Positions 36,858 through 50,807 of a stretch of DNA of 64,000 nt are shown in pieces. The DNA is taken from the NCBI GenBank assembly GCA_030390025.1, contig CM059431.1:140370001-140434000 (forward strand). Direction: 5' to 3'. The notes under the pieces were generated by a model, which saw nothing but the letters and a program-made list of their open reading frames with translations, was not told where the DNA came from and ran no database searches. The position numbers and the translations under genes are program-made. Position 1 is the stretch's first letter. Each line of letters starts with the position of its first letter. This DNA comes from Squalus acanthias. Lineage: Eukaryota.

Positions 36858-37777
36858 CGAACTTGGTGACAATTGTGATTCTCTCCCGAGGAAATTGCGG
36901 CCTTTCCAAGTGTATCTCTGTCTACATGGTGGCCATGGCAACAGCAGATCTACTGGTCATGATCTTCAATGTAATGGTGTATTATATTTTCAGTTATCAC
37001 TTTCCACTTTCTTTCCTGTCCCACACTCCGGTGTGTAAGTTCAATCTATACATGACTGCTGTCACCTTCGATTTGTCTGTTTGGTTCACCGTCTCCTTCA
37101 CATTTGACCGATGTGTAGTTATCTGCTGCCAGAAGTTTAAAGTAAAGTATTGCACCGAGAGAACTGCGGCCGCGGTTATAACAACGTTCACGGTTCTAAT
37201 CTTCTTAAAGGGCATCCCCGTATTATTTGCATATGAATCTCAGCAAATAATTAGCAACATGCAGTGGGGTTGTCGGTCAAGTGTAGTTTTTTTTTCCTCC
37301 CATCCAGGTGAAGCGTATCTCTGGTTTCACACCATATGGCTCGTTTGGCTTCCGTTTACCTTAATGGCCTTGTTTAATTGTTTGACCGTCAAACGTATAT
37401 TAATGGCCAGCAGAGCCCGCAGGGGACTCCGGGGTCAGAGCAGTGAGAATCAGAGCGATCCAGAGATGGAGAGCCGAAGGAAATCCATCATTTTGCTCTT
37501 CGCTATATCGGGCAGTTTTATATTGCTGTGGCTGACAGCTGCCGTCAATTTTGTAACTACCAGAATGTCGAACACCACTTACTACCGAGGCGACCGCACA
37601 AACCCAGCCTATATCGCCACTGAAACCGGAGCCATGCTGAAGCATTTGAGTTCCTGTCCGAACACGTGTATTTATGCAGCGACCCAGAGGAGATTCAGAG
37701 AAGAGCTGAAGAAGCTGCTGAAATCTCCCTGGACACTGATTCTAAGATTGGTTAAACATAAAAGAAAGCCGAACTAG
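36858..37777 (+). CDS. GPR139/GPR142-like class A GPCR paralogue 1, exon 2 (329 aa in total)
   Basis: Acceptor cttacag|CG; remaining TM helices, MATADLL (TM2), VC (TM3 Cys), SVWFTVSFTFDRC, LPF (TM5), NTCIY..TQRRFREEL; intact to TAG. Confidence 0.93.
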
Positions 37778-40619
37778 AGCTTCGGTTGGGACATTAGAAT
37801 TCCGTTCCAGCTCGTGTTCTAGCTCAGAGTGGGGTTCTCTCTACTAACCGCTACATAGGATTGTTCTTGTAAAAACTCACAGGTACGCGACTATATTTGG
37901 GGCCCTTTGAAGCATTTAACGCCAACATGGACCGTGAGTTTCCGCAATCCTTTGGCCGAGTGTCTCCTCCCTAACAAGGTCATTCCCCCTTAAGTATGAA
38001 AAATGTCAATGATGAAGTGAAATTTAATAGGGAAATATAACAGTTGATCAACGGGTTTAATATCTGATTCTGCGACGACTGTAATTTAATTCTATCATAT
38101 ATTGACCGGATCAGTCATCAGTTTTAGGGAAAGATTTAGTCGTTTACAACTCCCTGTCCCTTACTTTTTTCTCGCAGGTTTGGTTAAAATGTTGCTTGGA
38201 CTGATTGTAGCTGCAAGGGCCGCTTCACCCCTTCTCCTGGGAATAAGGAGCGGTGCCGCTGTCCCCTTCACAGTGTCGCGATGTTTCACCACTTTTTGAA
38301 TGTTTACTGGAGTTGCCTCGTTTTACTTTTTTTTCTGACGTCTTTATTAATGAGAAATAGTTGAAGGCTGCCCAGCAACATTAAATAAAGTTGTTACTTG
38401 CTGTTACTAAATGTATCATGGTGAATCTGCGTGTTATTAACGTGAATCAGCGACCCTGTAACCTGGTAACCCAGTGTAAGAAATAAGAATTTATATTCGG
38501 GGCATTTCAGGCAAGGGTCAGTAATCAGGACTCTCAGATATTTACATGGAATAATCCGCTGTGTGTGTTGGTGCACAGACAGTGCCCTGTAGTACCCCGT
38601 CCCTTTTACCAACTGGTGTTGAACGGGTACCCCCAGTGCAAGGCGGTGTATTCAGAGCGCCGTCCGGCATCACTGGGGACCTGGGTTTGAGAGCGTTTCT
38701 CGGTGTAACGGCTTCAGATGAGGATTCGAACCAATTAACTAGCATTTTGTCCGCCCGCTAATTTCAGTGGCTCGGTTGAAACTTTTTTCCAATTTATTCT
38801 GCAGTACATGTGATGCAGGTTGGACGATGTCGAGGAAAAGCTGTTCCTCGAACTGGGTAAATCCACTGTTCACACTGCAGGATGTGTAAGAAAGTCAGAG
38901 GACTGTCTCTGACTGATTCCGCTGTTCTATTCAGTATCCCGGGTTACACATATAAACAGGCAGCGCTGTCTCAGCTCGACCGTTACACATCTTCAGCGAT
39001 TGATGGGCGCCGCAGATATTAATGGTTCTGGTGGTTTATATTAATTTTAAAATGATTGGCTTGCTTGCATTTTCTTTTCCCCAGTCGGAATGTATTTTTA
39101 TCGCGGTGCCTTCCATCTACTGCATGCCTCTAGTTATCAGTCCATTTGGGAATAGTGGAATCTGAATATTCTGAAACTAAGGTCATTTTCAATTTCGGCC
39201 TGGGCGGAAATCAGGCTGGAGCGGACTGTCCGCCAGTCATACACCTCGACCGAATTTCCCCTTTCATTGACTATAATGAAAAAGAAAATTGGGTGGGTGT
39301 AAAATACGCTGCTGCCAATCGACAGAATTCACTGAAGCGAAGGAAACTACAGTCAAATCACGGAATTAGTGACATGTATCATATTTCCGAATAGTACTTG
39401 ATAAAATACCGACACTTTTGAAAACGCCAGCAATTGTTTCTAGACTGTTTACTGTCAGAGTCAGTTTGGCAGTACCAGTATTTGGATTGTGGGTCCGTTT
39501 TTGTTCTTGTCGATGAAACCTAGTCTCTCATAAATTCTTAGACTCATTAACAGATTTAAATGTTATTAAAAGTGTATTGCATATTCGGATCGAAAGACAG
39601 ACTTAAAAATGTGTGGTGTAACTCCCGCGAAGTTCTCCATCGCATATCGACATATCGGAACACGATGATCGCGTTGGATGTGTTTGTATAACAGTGCAGA
39701 GTGTTCTGTGGTTGTGGACAGTTAGTGGAGGATTACAGAGCTCCATCCTGAGGCTGACGGCCGTCCTTAACATCGGAATCTGTCTCTTGTTCCACTCAAT
39801 GCCAGAAGAATGTAAAGGAATCTTTACCACAGCCGGAATTAAATACATCTTGATTTATATTAATGTTAAGAAAATCATTGCCCAGAGCTGATGTCCACAA
39901 TTCTAATGATCCCGAAAAAACAGTAGGCATAAATATTAGTGATTTATTTATTATCCTTGAACTGAAAAAGTAAAATAAAGCTGCTGAGCAAACAAACTGC
40001 AAGGAGTGAAAGATGCAGGTGCTCAGGAATATAATTGGTGACACGTCACAGAATTGCTTGAGCGTGGCACGCATTGGCTGTTAGTGACAGAGGTGTGACG
40101 AACCAGATTCACTTTTGAAGCACTCGCAACGTCATCAGGAGCCCCTTACTCCAGAATGTGGCACTTTTCACGATGGGTCGCAGGAAGTGAGGTCACAGTC
40201 TGATTGTCTTAGAACAGGAAATGCCGCCGCCATCAGTGTCTATATCAGAATGCTTCGGCTTTCTCAGTGATCAGATGTAATTTCCCCCAGTCCCGGAATT
40301 CTGCCGGACCAACAAGTTAGGGGAGTAAAACCCAACACCAAGTCCGTCAGTCCCAGGATATCAGTTCACTCTACAACTTTTCAGACAAAGGATATAAGAG
40401 AATTGGAACAAATATCACTGGGCAATGCAAATCGGATATTAATTCTGTAACGCCTAAAGTGCCATGTAATAAACTAGATTTACTATAATGTAACTAACTT
40501 AATTTCAGTTCAGTTAATTTATTTCAAATTACATTTAGTTTTATGATCTTTCGTTTAATTTCAATTAATGGTATTTTATTTTCAAAATCTCTTTAAGCTT
40601 ACATCGTGATTTCTGTCAC

Positions 40620-41660
40620 TGCTGAATTTAAATGCTGCAACTTATATTGATAACAACAGTGGATATTCAGGTGACATGTTGGAACTCCAGGGCGCTTCAC
40701 CTATCCAGGATAATCACGTGTCCATGAAGTGCCTCCATCTGCTCGAACTTAAGCTCGGAGTTTCTGAGCTTGAGGGGCGGCTGGCGTCATTGCAGGGCTG
40801 AGAATTTGCTCGATCACATGGTCACCCCGCAGCCACAGTGAGTTCAGGAGGATAGTAAGTTGGTCGCCATCGGCAGGGTGCGAAGAGGCTGGTGTTGCAG
40901 GGATCGTCCTGGAACGTGACAATCTCAAGGATGTGGTCGATTACAGACCAAAAAGGAGATTTTCTTGTGCATGCTGGGGGCATGGCTTAGGTTCTAAATC
41001 AATACTTTGCATGTGACTTCACTAAAGAAAAGGATGCTGCCAATGTTACAGTAAAGTAGGCGATAGTTGAGCAATTGGATAGGATAAACATAAATAAAAA
41101 TGAGGTACATGAAAGGTTGGTAGCGCTCAAAGTACAAAAGTCACCTGGTCCAAATGGGCTGTATCCGCGGTAGCTGAGGGAAGTAAGGGTTGAAATTGCA
41201 GAGGCTCTGGAGTCACTAAATCTTCCAGTCCACCTTAGATATGGGAGAGCTGCCAGGGTAGTGGTGCATCGCAAATATTGCACCCCGTTCAAAAAAGGGG
41301 AGAGGGATAATCTGGCAACTCAGGCCAGTCAACCTAACGTCGTGCAGAAACATTTAGAGACAATAATCCGACAGAAACTTAATTGGCACTTGGAAAATGT
41401 GGGTTAATCAATGAAAGCCAGCATGGATATTTTAATGGGAAATCATGTTTTACTCAGTTGATCGAGTCCTTTCATGAAGTAACTGAGAGGGTTAATGAGG
41501 GTAGTGCAGTTGATGCCGTGTATATGGACACAGATTTAAGATAATTGGCACAAAAACCAGCGGGGACATGAGGGTCGAATTGTTTATCTATTTCAAAGAG
41601 CCGGCACAGGCACAATGAGCCAAATGGCCTCCTTCTGTACTGTATAATTCTATGATTCTA
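40620..41660 (+). mobile_element. Fragmented CR1 LINE (ORF1 start, ORF2 pieces, 3' tail)
   Basis: Cys-motif remnant near 40720, KSPGPNGLYP, VDAVYMD, (attctatg)n tail at about 41647-41670. Confidence 0.8.
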
Positions 41661-42208
41661 TGACTCTATGATCTCCGTGCCATTGTTCGTAGTTAGCCGC
41701 AGTGTAGGTTGTAAATTTAACAAATGCTGCACTAAGAAAGCGCAGAGACTGATTGTGGGAAGCGGATGTGTGATCCTGAAGTAACTTTGGGAGATGTGGG
41801 TTCACAGTGAAGAGCTTAGACTGCAGAGAAAGATACAAAAGCACTTGAACCCTCCGCGAGCCTTTTCTCACCAATTCGCACTAACATTTAAGTAAGGGAG
41901 AAAGGGCTTTTAATTTCGTTTAAGATAAATTGGAGTCAATCAGAAAACTATAAAAAATATTTTATTATTGCTAGTGGTCCAACTGAAGCGCATAACGCAC
42001 TATATCCAATCATTCCAATACATTAGTACAGGTAATAATTTCATAATAAACATTTAAAATTGGAAATGAAACTAAACATTGGGAGTTTAGAAATTATCTG
42101 TGAGAAATGCCTCCTGTAGTTTCACCCCAACCGTGCATCTCTTTCTGGAGCCGGATCCTTATATTTTACTAAATTTTCAAAATCCAGACAATCAGCCAAG
42201 CACAGGTC

Positions 42209-42321
42209 TCCCATAATGCACCAGTTCGGTTTGAGTCTCTGTCACGGGACGACTACAACTCCCAGAATGCAGCAGAGTCGCAGTGCACGTCAGTCTGTGT
42301 AACTCTCAATTCTACAATGCA
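42209..42321. promoter_or_regulatory. ZNF143/Staf(-THAP11) binding-site cluster
   Basis: ACTACAACTCCCAGAATGCA at 42252-42271, TCCCATAATGCA at 42209-42220, and a degenerate third copy at about 42302-42321. Confidence 0.6.
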
Positions 42322-43444
42322 GCATAAACCCGGCCCTACTCCTCTTTAGTCAATTTCCTTAGTGAGAATTTAAAGGAGTGAATGAAGGATTCATCTTCTT
42401 CCTCAGCATTTATCTTTCAGGGTAATAGAATTCAGCTTTTCAACAATGGGATCTCCACGACGTGAGAAAATATTTGTATTCACAACACAGGAGATTCCGT
42501 GCATTTAATGCTGTGTAGGGCCCCTTCAACACAACACAACAGAATTCCTCTGTTTGTACGTCAATAGAGTGCATATAACTGGGTTGCCAGCTTTTCATTT
42601 GTTAAAGTAGGGACAGGCACGGCAGACTATCCCATGAAAAACTGGGAGGATGATTAGGATAAATCGGCAACTTTACAAAAAAAGGTTAAACAATAGAGTT
42701 CCTATTATTGCCTCCTAAACTCCAGTAAATGTAGTGACAGGTGTACACCATTTATAGGTGCACTATTTGATAAAACTCCCTTCTTTCAAGGTAATTTTCT
42801 TGCTTTCTTCGTTGTATATCTTGACTGTTAAACTCCTCAGATCGAAATTCATCAGTTTACCTTTGCCTGTGTTATGCAGCACATGGATTTTGCAGTTTGT
42901 TTACAGAAGCTTATGTTTGGCATGTGAGAAACTTACGATAATATAGTTGTCAACTTCAGAGCCAGAAAAATAGGTTTGTGCCGAATGATCCTTTTGATAA
43001 TTCAGTAAATAACATACAGAATACAGTATCCCAGTGAGCTGAAATGTTCCGCCCGGCGCCCCTTCTTACTCCTAATTTCACAATTTGAAATTATAGATCT
43101 TTATGATTGAACTCCTTGCTACAGTGAAGAATTTGGGTAATGTGTGCATTCTCCTCGTCACATTAAAACTGACATGAGATCCCCTGGGGGGTTTCCTCTT
43201 TTCTAAAGAGAAAGTAGGAATTTCTGTAATTTCTTCCAAACTGGAATTGTGAATCCCTGGAATCTCTGGTACAGAGCTGTGTGACCTATAAAGTGCAGAA
43301 ATATACTTTCCATGATTAGCTTATCAGAACTGCTCACACAGCCCAAATGAGGTAAACACAACACTTCTTGTGCCAACAATAATAGATTTCATTGGAACTC
43401 TATTCCTCTGATATTCGAGGCACAATTCTCGAACAAAGGGCAGA

Positions 43445-43832
43445 TTGGGAACTAGCAGAGCGCGGGAACCCGTGGGACTGGGATCTGGCAGAGTCCGGGA
43501 ACCGGTGGGACTGGGATCTGGCAGAGTGCGGGTACCCGTGCGACTGGGATCTGGCAGAGTGTGGGAACCCATGGGACTGGGATCTGGCAGAGTGCGGGAA
43601 CCCGTGGGACTGGGAACTGGCAGAGTGCGGGAACCCATGGGACTGGAAACTGGCAGACTGTGGGAAGCCGTGGGACTGGGAACTGGCAGAGTGTGGGAAC
43701 CCGTGGGACTGGGATCTGGCAGAGTGCGGGAATCCGTGGGACTGGGAACTGGCAGAGTGCGGGAACCCGTGGGACTGGGATCTGGCAGAGAGTGGGAACC
43801 CGTGGGACTGGGATCTGGCAGAGTGTGGGATC
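43445..43832. repeat. 33-bp G-rich minisatellite, about 12 copies
   Basis: Unit gggaacccgtgggactgggatctggcagagtgc. Confidence 0.95.
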
Positions 43833-44304
43833 CGACAGAAAGAAAGGGGACCAGGAGAGCGGGGCCAAGATGAGAAGGAGTGCGGGAAGAGTCCAACAAA
43901 TCAATAGACGGAAAGAGCTCCACTATGAATTAATAAAATATAAATCATATTTTTTTTCAACTTTTTGAACCGATCAGTCAAATGAAATGAAAAGGGATTC
44001 GATCAAATTGGTAAAGGAAGAGATTGGATCCTTTCAATAGGGGAATTTGTTAACATATTTAAAATGTGATTCTTAAATTGTTGATTATACGAAAAAAATA
44101 AAAGAATAATCTTCTTAAAATGTTGATTACACGAAATAAATAAAGAATAATCTTCTTAAATTGTTAATTATCCGAAAACTTTTTAAGAATAATCTTCTAA
44201 ACTGAGCAAGGAAGAGATCAAGGTAAGACTGGAGGTATCCAGTTGTGAGGTCTCGGGCGGGCCCACGCCCACAGCTGGTGAAAGACCTGAAACTGCCGAC
44301 ATGG

Positions 44305-45177
44305 CGAGAAGCTGGGATCGTTCTCCATAGAGCAGAGAATGTTCAGGTGAGATTTAGCAGAGATTTTCAAAATGGATAGGGGTTTTGAGTAAATAAGGAG
44401 AGATAGTTTCCACTGGCAGGAGGGTCAGTAATCAGAGGATGCGTAATTCAGGCAATTGGATGATGATCCAGGGATCAGATGAGGATATTGTTTTACATAG
44501 CGAACTGTTATAATCCGGAATGAATTGCCTGAAAGGGTCATGGAAACAAATACAAAAAAAAAATACATGTATATAGTTCCTTTCAAGATCCAAGACATCC
44601 TAAAGCGCTTTACAGCCAACAAAGTACTTTTGAAGTGTAGACACTGTTGTCATGTAGGAGGAATGACCCCATTGTACACAGCCAGGTCTCACCAATAACC
44701 ATCAGATGATGATCAGGGATGTTGGTTGAGGGATGAATATTGTCCAGTACTCTGTGGAGACCTCCCCTACTCTTCTTTCAAATAGTGCTGTGGAATCTTT
44801 TACGTCCTCCTGACAGGGCTGTCGGGGCCTCGGTTTAACGTCCCATCTGAAAGACGGAACCTCCGACAGTGCAGCATTCCCTCAGTACTGCATTGGAATG
44901 TCAACTTAGATTTTGTGTTCAAGTCTCTGGAGCGGGACTTTAGCCCACAGCCATCTGATTCAGAGGCGAGAGTGCTACCACAGAGCCACTGCTGACATCT
45001 TTTCACAAATAGTAACTTTAAAAGTGAATTGGGTATTTACTTGAAAAGGTAGGATTTGCTGGGCTTTGGGGAAAGAGCAGGGGAGTTGGACTAATGGGAT
45101 ACCTATTTCAAAGAGCCAGAAGAGGCACGATAGGCCGCATGGTCTCCTTATGTGCTTTCTGATTCTATGATTCTATG
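44305..45177 (+). mobile_element. CR1 3' end split by a SINE
   Basis: FSIEQR-like remnant at about 44320-44545; resumes at about 45005 and ends in gattctatgattctatg. Confidence 0.7.
44555..44996 (-). mobile_element. tRNA-derived DeuSINE (SacSINE1/AmnSINE1-like)
   Basis: Minus strand: degenerate A box tggctctgtggtagc and B box; Deu-domain-like gctgcactgtcggagg..ccgtctttcagatgggacgttaaaccgaggcccc...gacgtaaaagat; LINE-type tail gtaaagcgctttaggatgtc. Family assignment is from memory of the consensus. Confidence 0.75.
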
Positions 45178-45309
45178 CCGCTTGCGTTGTCTGCCCATTA
45201 ATGTCAATGGAATTGAACTAATGAAGGGGGCGGGGGGGGGGGGGGGCGGCGGGAGGATTCAGGAAAGATTACATTTAAATGCAGTGAAATGTCAAGGCAC
45301 TAGAACAGA

Positions 45310-48145
45310 GTAGAGTTTTGGGTAAACATAAACAGAGTGGGTCAGGAAGGGACAGAGAGAGTAACAAAGGTAAAAAGGCATCAGTGACTAATATCTGAAT
45401 GCGGGAAGCATTCACAACAAAATAGATGAATTAATAGCGCAGTTAGAAATTAACAGGTTTGATCTAATAGCCTAAACGGAGACGTGGTTGCAAAGTGGCC
45501 AAAGTTGGGAACTAAATATTCCAGGATACATAAATTTTAGAAGAGATAGGCAAAATGAAAAAGGAGGAGGGTGTAGCCCTGATAATAAGGGATGGGATAC
45601 AGACAGTAGCGAGAAAGGATCTTAGCTCCGAAAATCACGAAGTAGAATTAGTTTGGGTGGATCTCAGAAACAGCAAGGGGCTGTATGCAAGATAGTTTTC
45701 TAGACCAGTATGTTGAGGAACCAACTAGAGAACATGAACTTAGATCTAGTATTGTGCAACGAGAAAGGGTTAATTAATAACCTTTTAGTAAAGGGGCACT
45801 TAGTGAAGAGTGACCATAATATTACAGAATTTTATATTGAGTTTGAAAGAACATAGTTAAATCCGAAACCAGGGTCTTAAATCTAAACAAAGCAAACTAC
45901 ATAGGCATGAGGGGCGAGTTGGCTAAGGCAGATTGGGAAAATATATTAAAAGGTATGACAGTGGACGCGCAATGGCTAGCATTTAAAGAATTAATACATA
46001 ATTTACAACACATATACATTCCTTTAAGGCACAAAATCCCCACAGGAAAAGTGATCCAGCTTTGGCTAACAAGAGAAGTTAAAGATAGTATTAGGTCAAA
46101 GGAAGAGGCTTTTAATGCTGCCAGAAAGTGTAGTAAGCCTGTGGATTGGGAGTATTTTCGAATTCAGAGAAGGAGGACCAATAAATGTATTAAGGAAGGG
46201 AAAATAGAATGAGAGTAAACTAGCGAGAGACATAAATACAGTCTGTTAAAGCTTCTATAGATATGTAAAAAGGCAAAGGTTAGCGAAAGTAAATGTGGTT
46301 CAGTTACAGACTGAGACAGGAGAAATTATAATGGGGAATAAGGAAATTGGCAGAGAAATGAAATAAAAACTTTGTGTCTATCTTCACAGAAGAAGACGCA
46401 AAAAACTTCCCGGAAATAGTGGACAACTAAGGTTCCAGCGAGAATGAGGAGCGGAAAGAAATTAGGATTAGTAAAAAAGTAGTACTGGAGAAATTAATGG
46501 AACTGAAACCGATAAATCCCCTGGATATGATGGCCTACTTCCTAGGGTTTTGAAAGAGCTCACTATAAAAATAGTGGGTGCATTGCTTGTAATTTTCCAA
46601 TATTCCGTAGATTCTGGAATGGTTCCACGGATTGGAAGGTAGCAAATATAATCCCACTAGTTAAGAAAGGAGGGAGAGAGAAAACGGGGAACTATAGTCC
46701 AGTAAGCCTGATATCAGTAGTAGTGGAAATGCTAGAATCTATTGTTAAGGACGTGGTAACAGGGCGCTTAGAAAGTAATGATAGGATTGGGCAGAGTCAA
46801 CACGAATTTATGAAAGGGAAATCGTCTTTGACAAATCTGTTAGAGTTTTTTAGGCTGTAACTAGCAGAATAGATAAGGGGTGATCAGTGGATGTGGTGTA
46901 TTGGGATTTTCAGAAGACACTCAATAATTAGGTTATTCAACAAAATGAGGGCTCATGGGATTGGGGAATATTCTAGCAATATTCTACAATTGGTTAACCG
47001 ACTGAAATAATTGCAATAAATCGATTCTAACCGGAGTTGCGTTTGAGTAGCTCTATCAGAGAGGTTGTGGTTTAACCGACTGAAAACAGAGATTAGGAAT
47101 AAACGGGTCATTTTCGGGTTTGCAGGCTGTAACTATAAGGGTACCGCAAGATCAATGCTTGGACCGCAGCTATTCACAATCTAAATCAATTTTTTGGATG
47201 AGGGGACCAAATGTAATATATCCAAATTTACTGTTGATACAAAGCTAGGTGGGAATGTACGTTGTGAGGAGGATGCAAAGAGGCATCAAGGGCATACAGA
47301 CAGACTAAGTGAGTGGGCAAAAACAAGGCAAATATAATATAATTTCGAGAAATGTGAAGTTATTTACTTTGGTAGGAAAAACAGAAAAGCGGAGTATTTT
47401 TTAAATGGTGCGAGATTGAGAACTGTTGGTGTTCAGAGGGAGATGGGTATCCTTGTACGCGAATCACTGAAATTTAACATGCAGGTGCAGCAAGCAATTA
47501 GGAAAGTATGTTGGCCTTTTTTACAAGAGGAATTTCAATATAAGAATCAAGACGTCTTCCTGCATTTATATGGGGCCCTGGTGAGACCACACCTCGTGTA
47601 TTGCGTGAAGTTGTGATCTCCTTACATAACGAAGGATATATTTGCCATAGAGGGAGAGTAAGGAAGGTTCACCAGACTGCTTCCTGGGATCGGGGGATTG
47701 TCCTATGAGGACAGATTGAGTGGACTAGGCCTATATTTTCGAGAGTTTCGAAGAATGAGATTTCATTGAAACATACAAAATTCTTACAGGACTTGACAGG
47801 CTAGATGCAGTGAGGATGTTTACCCTGGCTGGGGAGTCTAGAACCAGGGATCACAGTTTCAAAATAAAGGGTCGTCCATTTAGGACTGAGATGAGGACAA
47901 ATTTCTTCACTCAGAGGGTGATGAATCTTTGGAATTCTCTACCTCAGAGGGCTGTGGAGGCTCAGTCGCTGAGTATATTCAAGACAGAGGTAGTTAGATC
48001 TTTGAATATTAAGGTGATTAAGAGAGATGGAGATAGTTTAGGAAAGTGGAGATGAGGTGGAAGATCAGCCACGATCTCATTGAATGGCGGAGCAGGGTCG
48101 AAAGGCCAAATGATCTACCCCTGCTCCTATTTCTTATGTTCTATT
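45310..48145 (+). mobile_element. Decayed CR1 LINE ORF2 to 3' end
   Basis: YLNAGSIHNKIDEL, ETWL, MRGELAKADW, LVRPHLVYC, FFTQRVMNLWNSLP. Confidence 0.92.
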
Positions 48146-49129
48146 GTTTTTAGGATTGAAAGCTAAGGAAGCCCTTACATAATTTTCCGATAATCTGCCC
48201 GTTTGTGTGAGACTCCGGGGGTGGGGCAGGTCTGGAATGACCCAACACTGGAGTAGACAAGCGGAATTTAGTTAAGAAAGTTTTAGCGAGTGTGGAATTA
48301 AAATGTATTTATCCATTTAAAAGAAAATAGGAGTCATTATGCAGGGAGCAATATTAAGGATAAAGTAAAAGCATTTTAATTATCCAAAAATCTAGCAGGT
48401 AGATAGTAAGGAGTAGCCACGACTGTAAGGTAAATATTCGAAGTAGAACACAAGTGAATCATTGAAGGTGGGCTTGAATGAGCGACAGAGAACAACGGGT
48501 TTTAAAATATAGTTACATTGTTCAACCACATAAAATGGGAATCTGGAATCTAGGGACCCAGATACCGGGAGATAATGGAATGGGGACTGACCGGCGTGAA
48601 GGTTTACTGACACTGGTACAAATTTCCTCAATTAGAGAAGATTCCTGAGGATCCGACAATGGCTGAAATAATCCCAGTGTTTAAAATAAGGCCAGGAGAG
48701 ATCTAATGGGTGAGCACCTTGGAAAGGATGAAAGTAAATGGGAATTATATTGCTTTGAGGGACGATGTGTCATCTTTAACTAACCTGCTGTTGTTTCTGA
48801 AACACATCACTGGCCTGTAGGGCAGGGGAAATGCAGCTGGAATGACCCAGTCTGATTTTAACGAGGCAGCGGACAAGGTTCTACATCTACAAACGGTGAG
48901 GAATTATGGGATGGGTGGGAGATCTGGCACTGCACAGACAGCTCATTACAAAATGAAAGTAGGTTATCGACAAATGGGAAACTGTAAGAGACAGGTGACG
49001 ATTGAACCTCCGTGATCTTCCTTGGTATCAGTTTATTTTTAATCTTTTGTTCATTTGAAGCTCAACTGGGATGAGTGTATCTTAAAAAATGAAAATGATA
49101 CCAACAGAGATAAAACTATAAAACCACGG

Positions 49130-49830
49130 AAATTTACTGGGCGGGAGTTAGTAATTTGACCCATTCAATCTGTATTGGGTTCTTCGAGACAGCAATCAAA
49201 AACTATCGGCAATCTCCTCCTCTCTCTCCACAGACAATTATTTTCTCGTTTTCAAATATTCACCTAACTGTCCTCAAAATATTATGTGAGGTAAAACATT
49301 CCATGCCCCAGCACCCTTTGCAGAAATAAGTTTCTTCTAACCTCTCTGCTCATTCCCTTTGTGACCATTTTAAGTCGAACACCCTTTAATGCTAGCTCGC
49401 TTACGAGATGGAATAATCTCTCCCTCTTCACTCTGACGAAACTGTTGATAATTTATAGCATCTCTAATAAATCTCCTCTTAGCTTTCGCTGCTCCAGTGC
49501 AAATAGTACCAACATCTTGACCCTCATCACCAGTATAGTTCTGATCCATGACACCATCCTGGTGTATCTACACTGCCCGCTCTCAGTGGATTTAATAGTC
49601 TTTCCACAATGAGGGACCGAAGCTGTACCTGGTGTTCTAACGGTGGCCTCACCATTTTGTAAAGATTCATCATCACTTGTTTATTCTTGTGATAAATGTC
49701 TCTGTCTATCAAACAGTAATTCCTGTTGGTTTGCTCATGAACTTTCTAGGAATTGAATATTTGTAATCCTATCTTTCGCTGTCCATCCACAACATTCAGC
49801 TCCTTCCCATTGAGATTCTGCTCCAATTTC
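49130..49830 (-). mobile_element. Old CR1-type 3' fragment
   Basis: NLYKMVRPPLEHQVQ remnant. Confidence 0.55.
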
Positions 49831-50807
49831 TTGACGTTTCTCGCACAATCGGGCGATTTCCCGATGAACAATTTGTAACAGATTCAAAGTTGCTATGATT
49901 ATTCAATTATTATTTGAAAAATGTGTAAACGCCTAATAAAACGGTAATTACCAAAGATTTTTACTGACCGTCTGCAAATATTCATCCAAACAGAGAATAC
50001 TTAATATTAGTTGTATTGTACCTGAATTTCTGGCAGTGTTTTTAACAGATCAACTGTAATAATTGTAATAATTAATAACTTTTTGAAAAATCATTAATTT
50101 TACATTCCTTTCCAACTTTGTTTGGGTGCCTGATTGAGACAGAATTTCAATAATTTTATCGACTGCACAAAACAAGAGCAGACTCCATCTTTGTGCTGAG
50201 TGATAGACACCGGTCGGCGCACCACCGAGATTTTATTTCAGAATCTGTGAAAAAAGTGGTGAAAGTTCACATCGATAAGCCGAGTTCCGACTGTTTCCTC
50301 CATTCGAACACTGATCACGTGACAAGAGCAGGCTCTATTTGTCAATGAGGAATGGAGTCCGATAGAGAGAGCCGCGCCTGCAATATTCACACCAAACCTC
50401 CATGAACGTTACCAATATCGGCGATCGCACGACCTTTGATTGTTTCGGCACCGAATGAATCTTTATTGATGATTGGAAAGTGGCCGCGCCCGATCCCAGT
50501 ACCTGCAGTGTCAGGTGGATTCCTCTGTTGCTCACATGTCCGACTGCACTGCTGAACCTCATCATCGTTATCTATGATCCCTGAACTTGAAATGTGCTAA
50601 ATTTGCAGGAATAGGATATATTTACTCAATAAAAGAAGCATGCACAATTAAGAACTGAACACATCAAACACATGCTGCAAAATGGAAGAAATGTTTACAC
50701 AAGTTCACTCCCAATTTCACATTACCGGAAAGAAGGACGTTCTACTGTGAAAAAAGAGTTCAAACGGAGATTTAGTTACGAGGAAGCTTTCGTTTGATTG
50801 ATTCTTT

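Noticed and set aside
43324..43968. Five overlapping ORFs including (WDWDLAECGNP)n
   Set aside because: A 33-bp unit lacking stops gives ORFs in most frames; no gene context.
44930..44996. tRNA gene
   Set aside because: Degenerate A and B boxes form the head of the SINE; no full cloverleaf.
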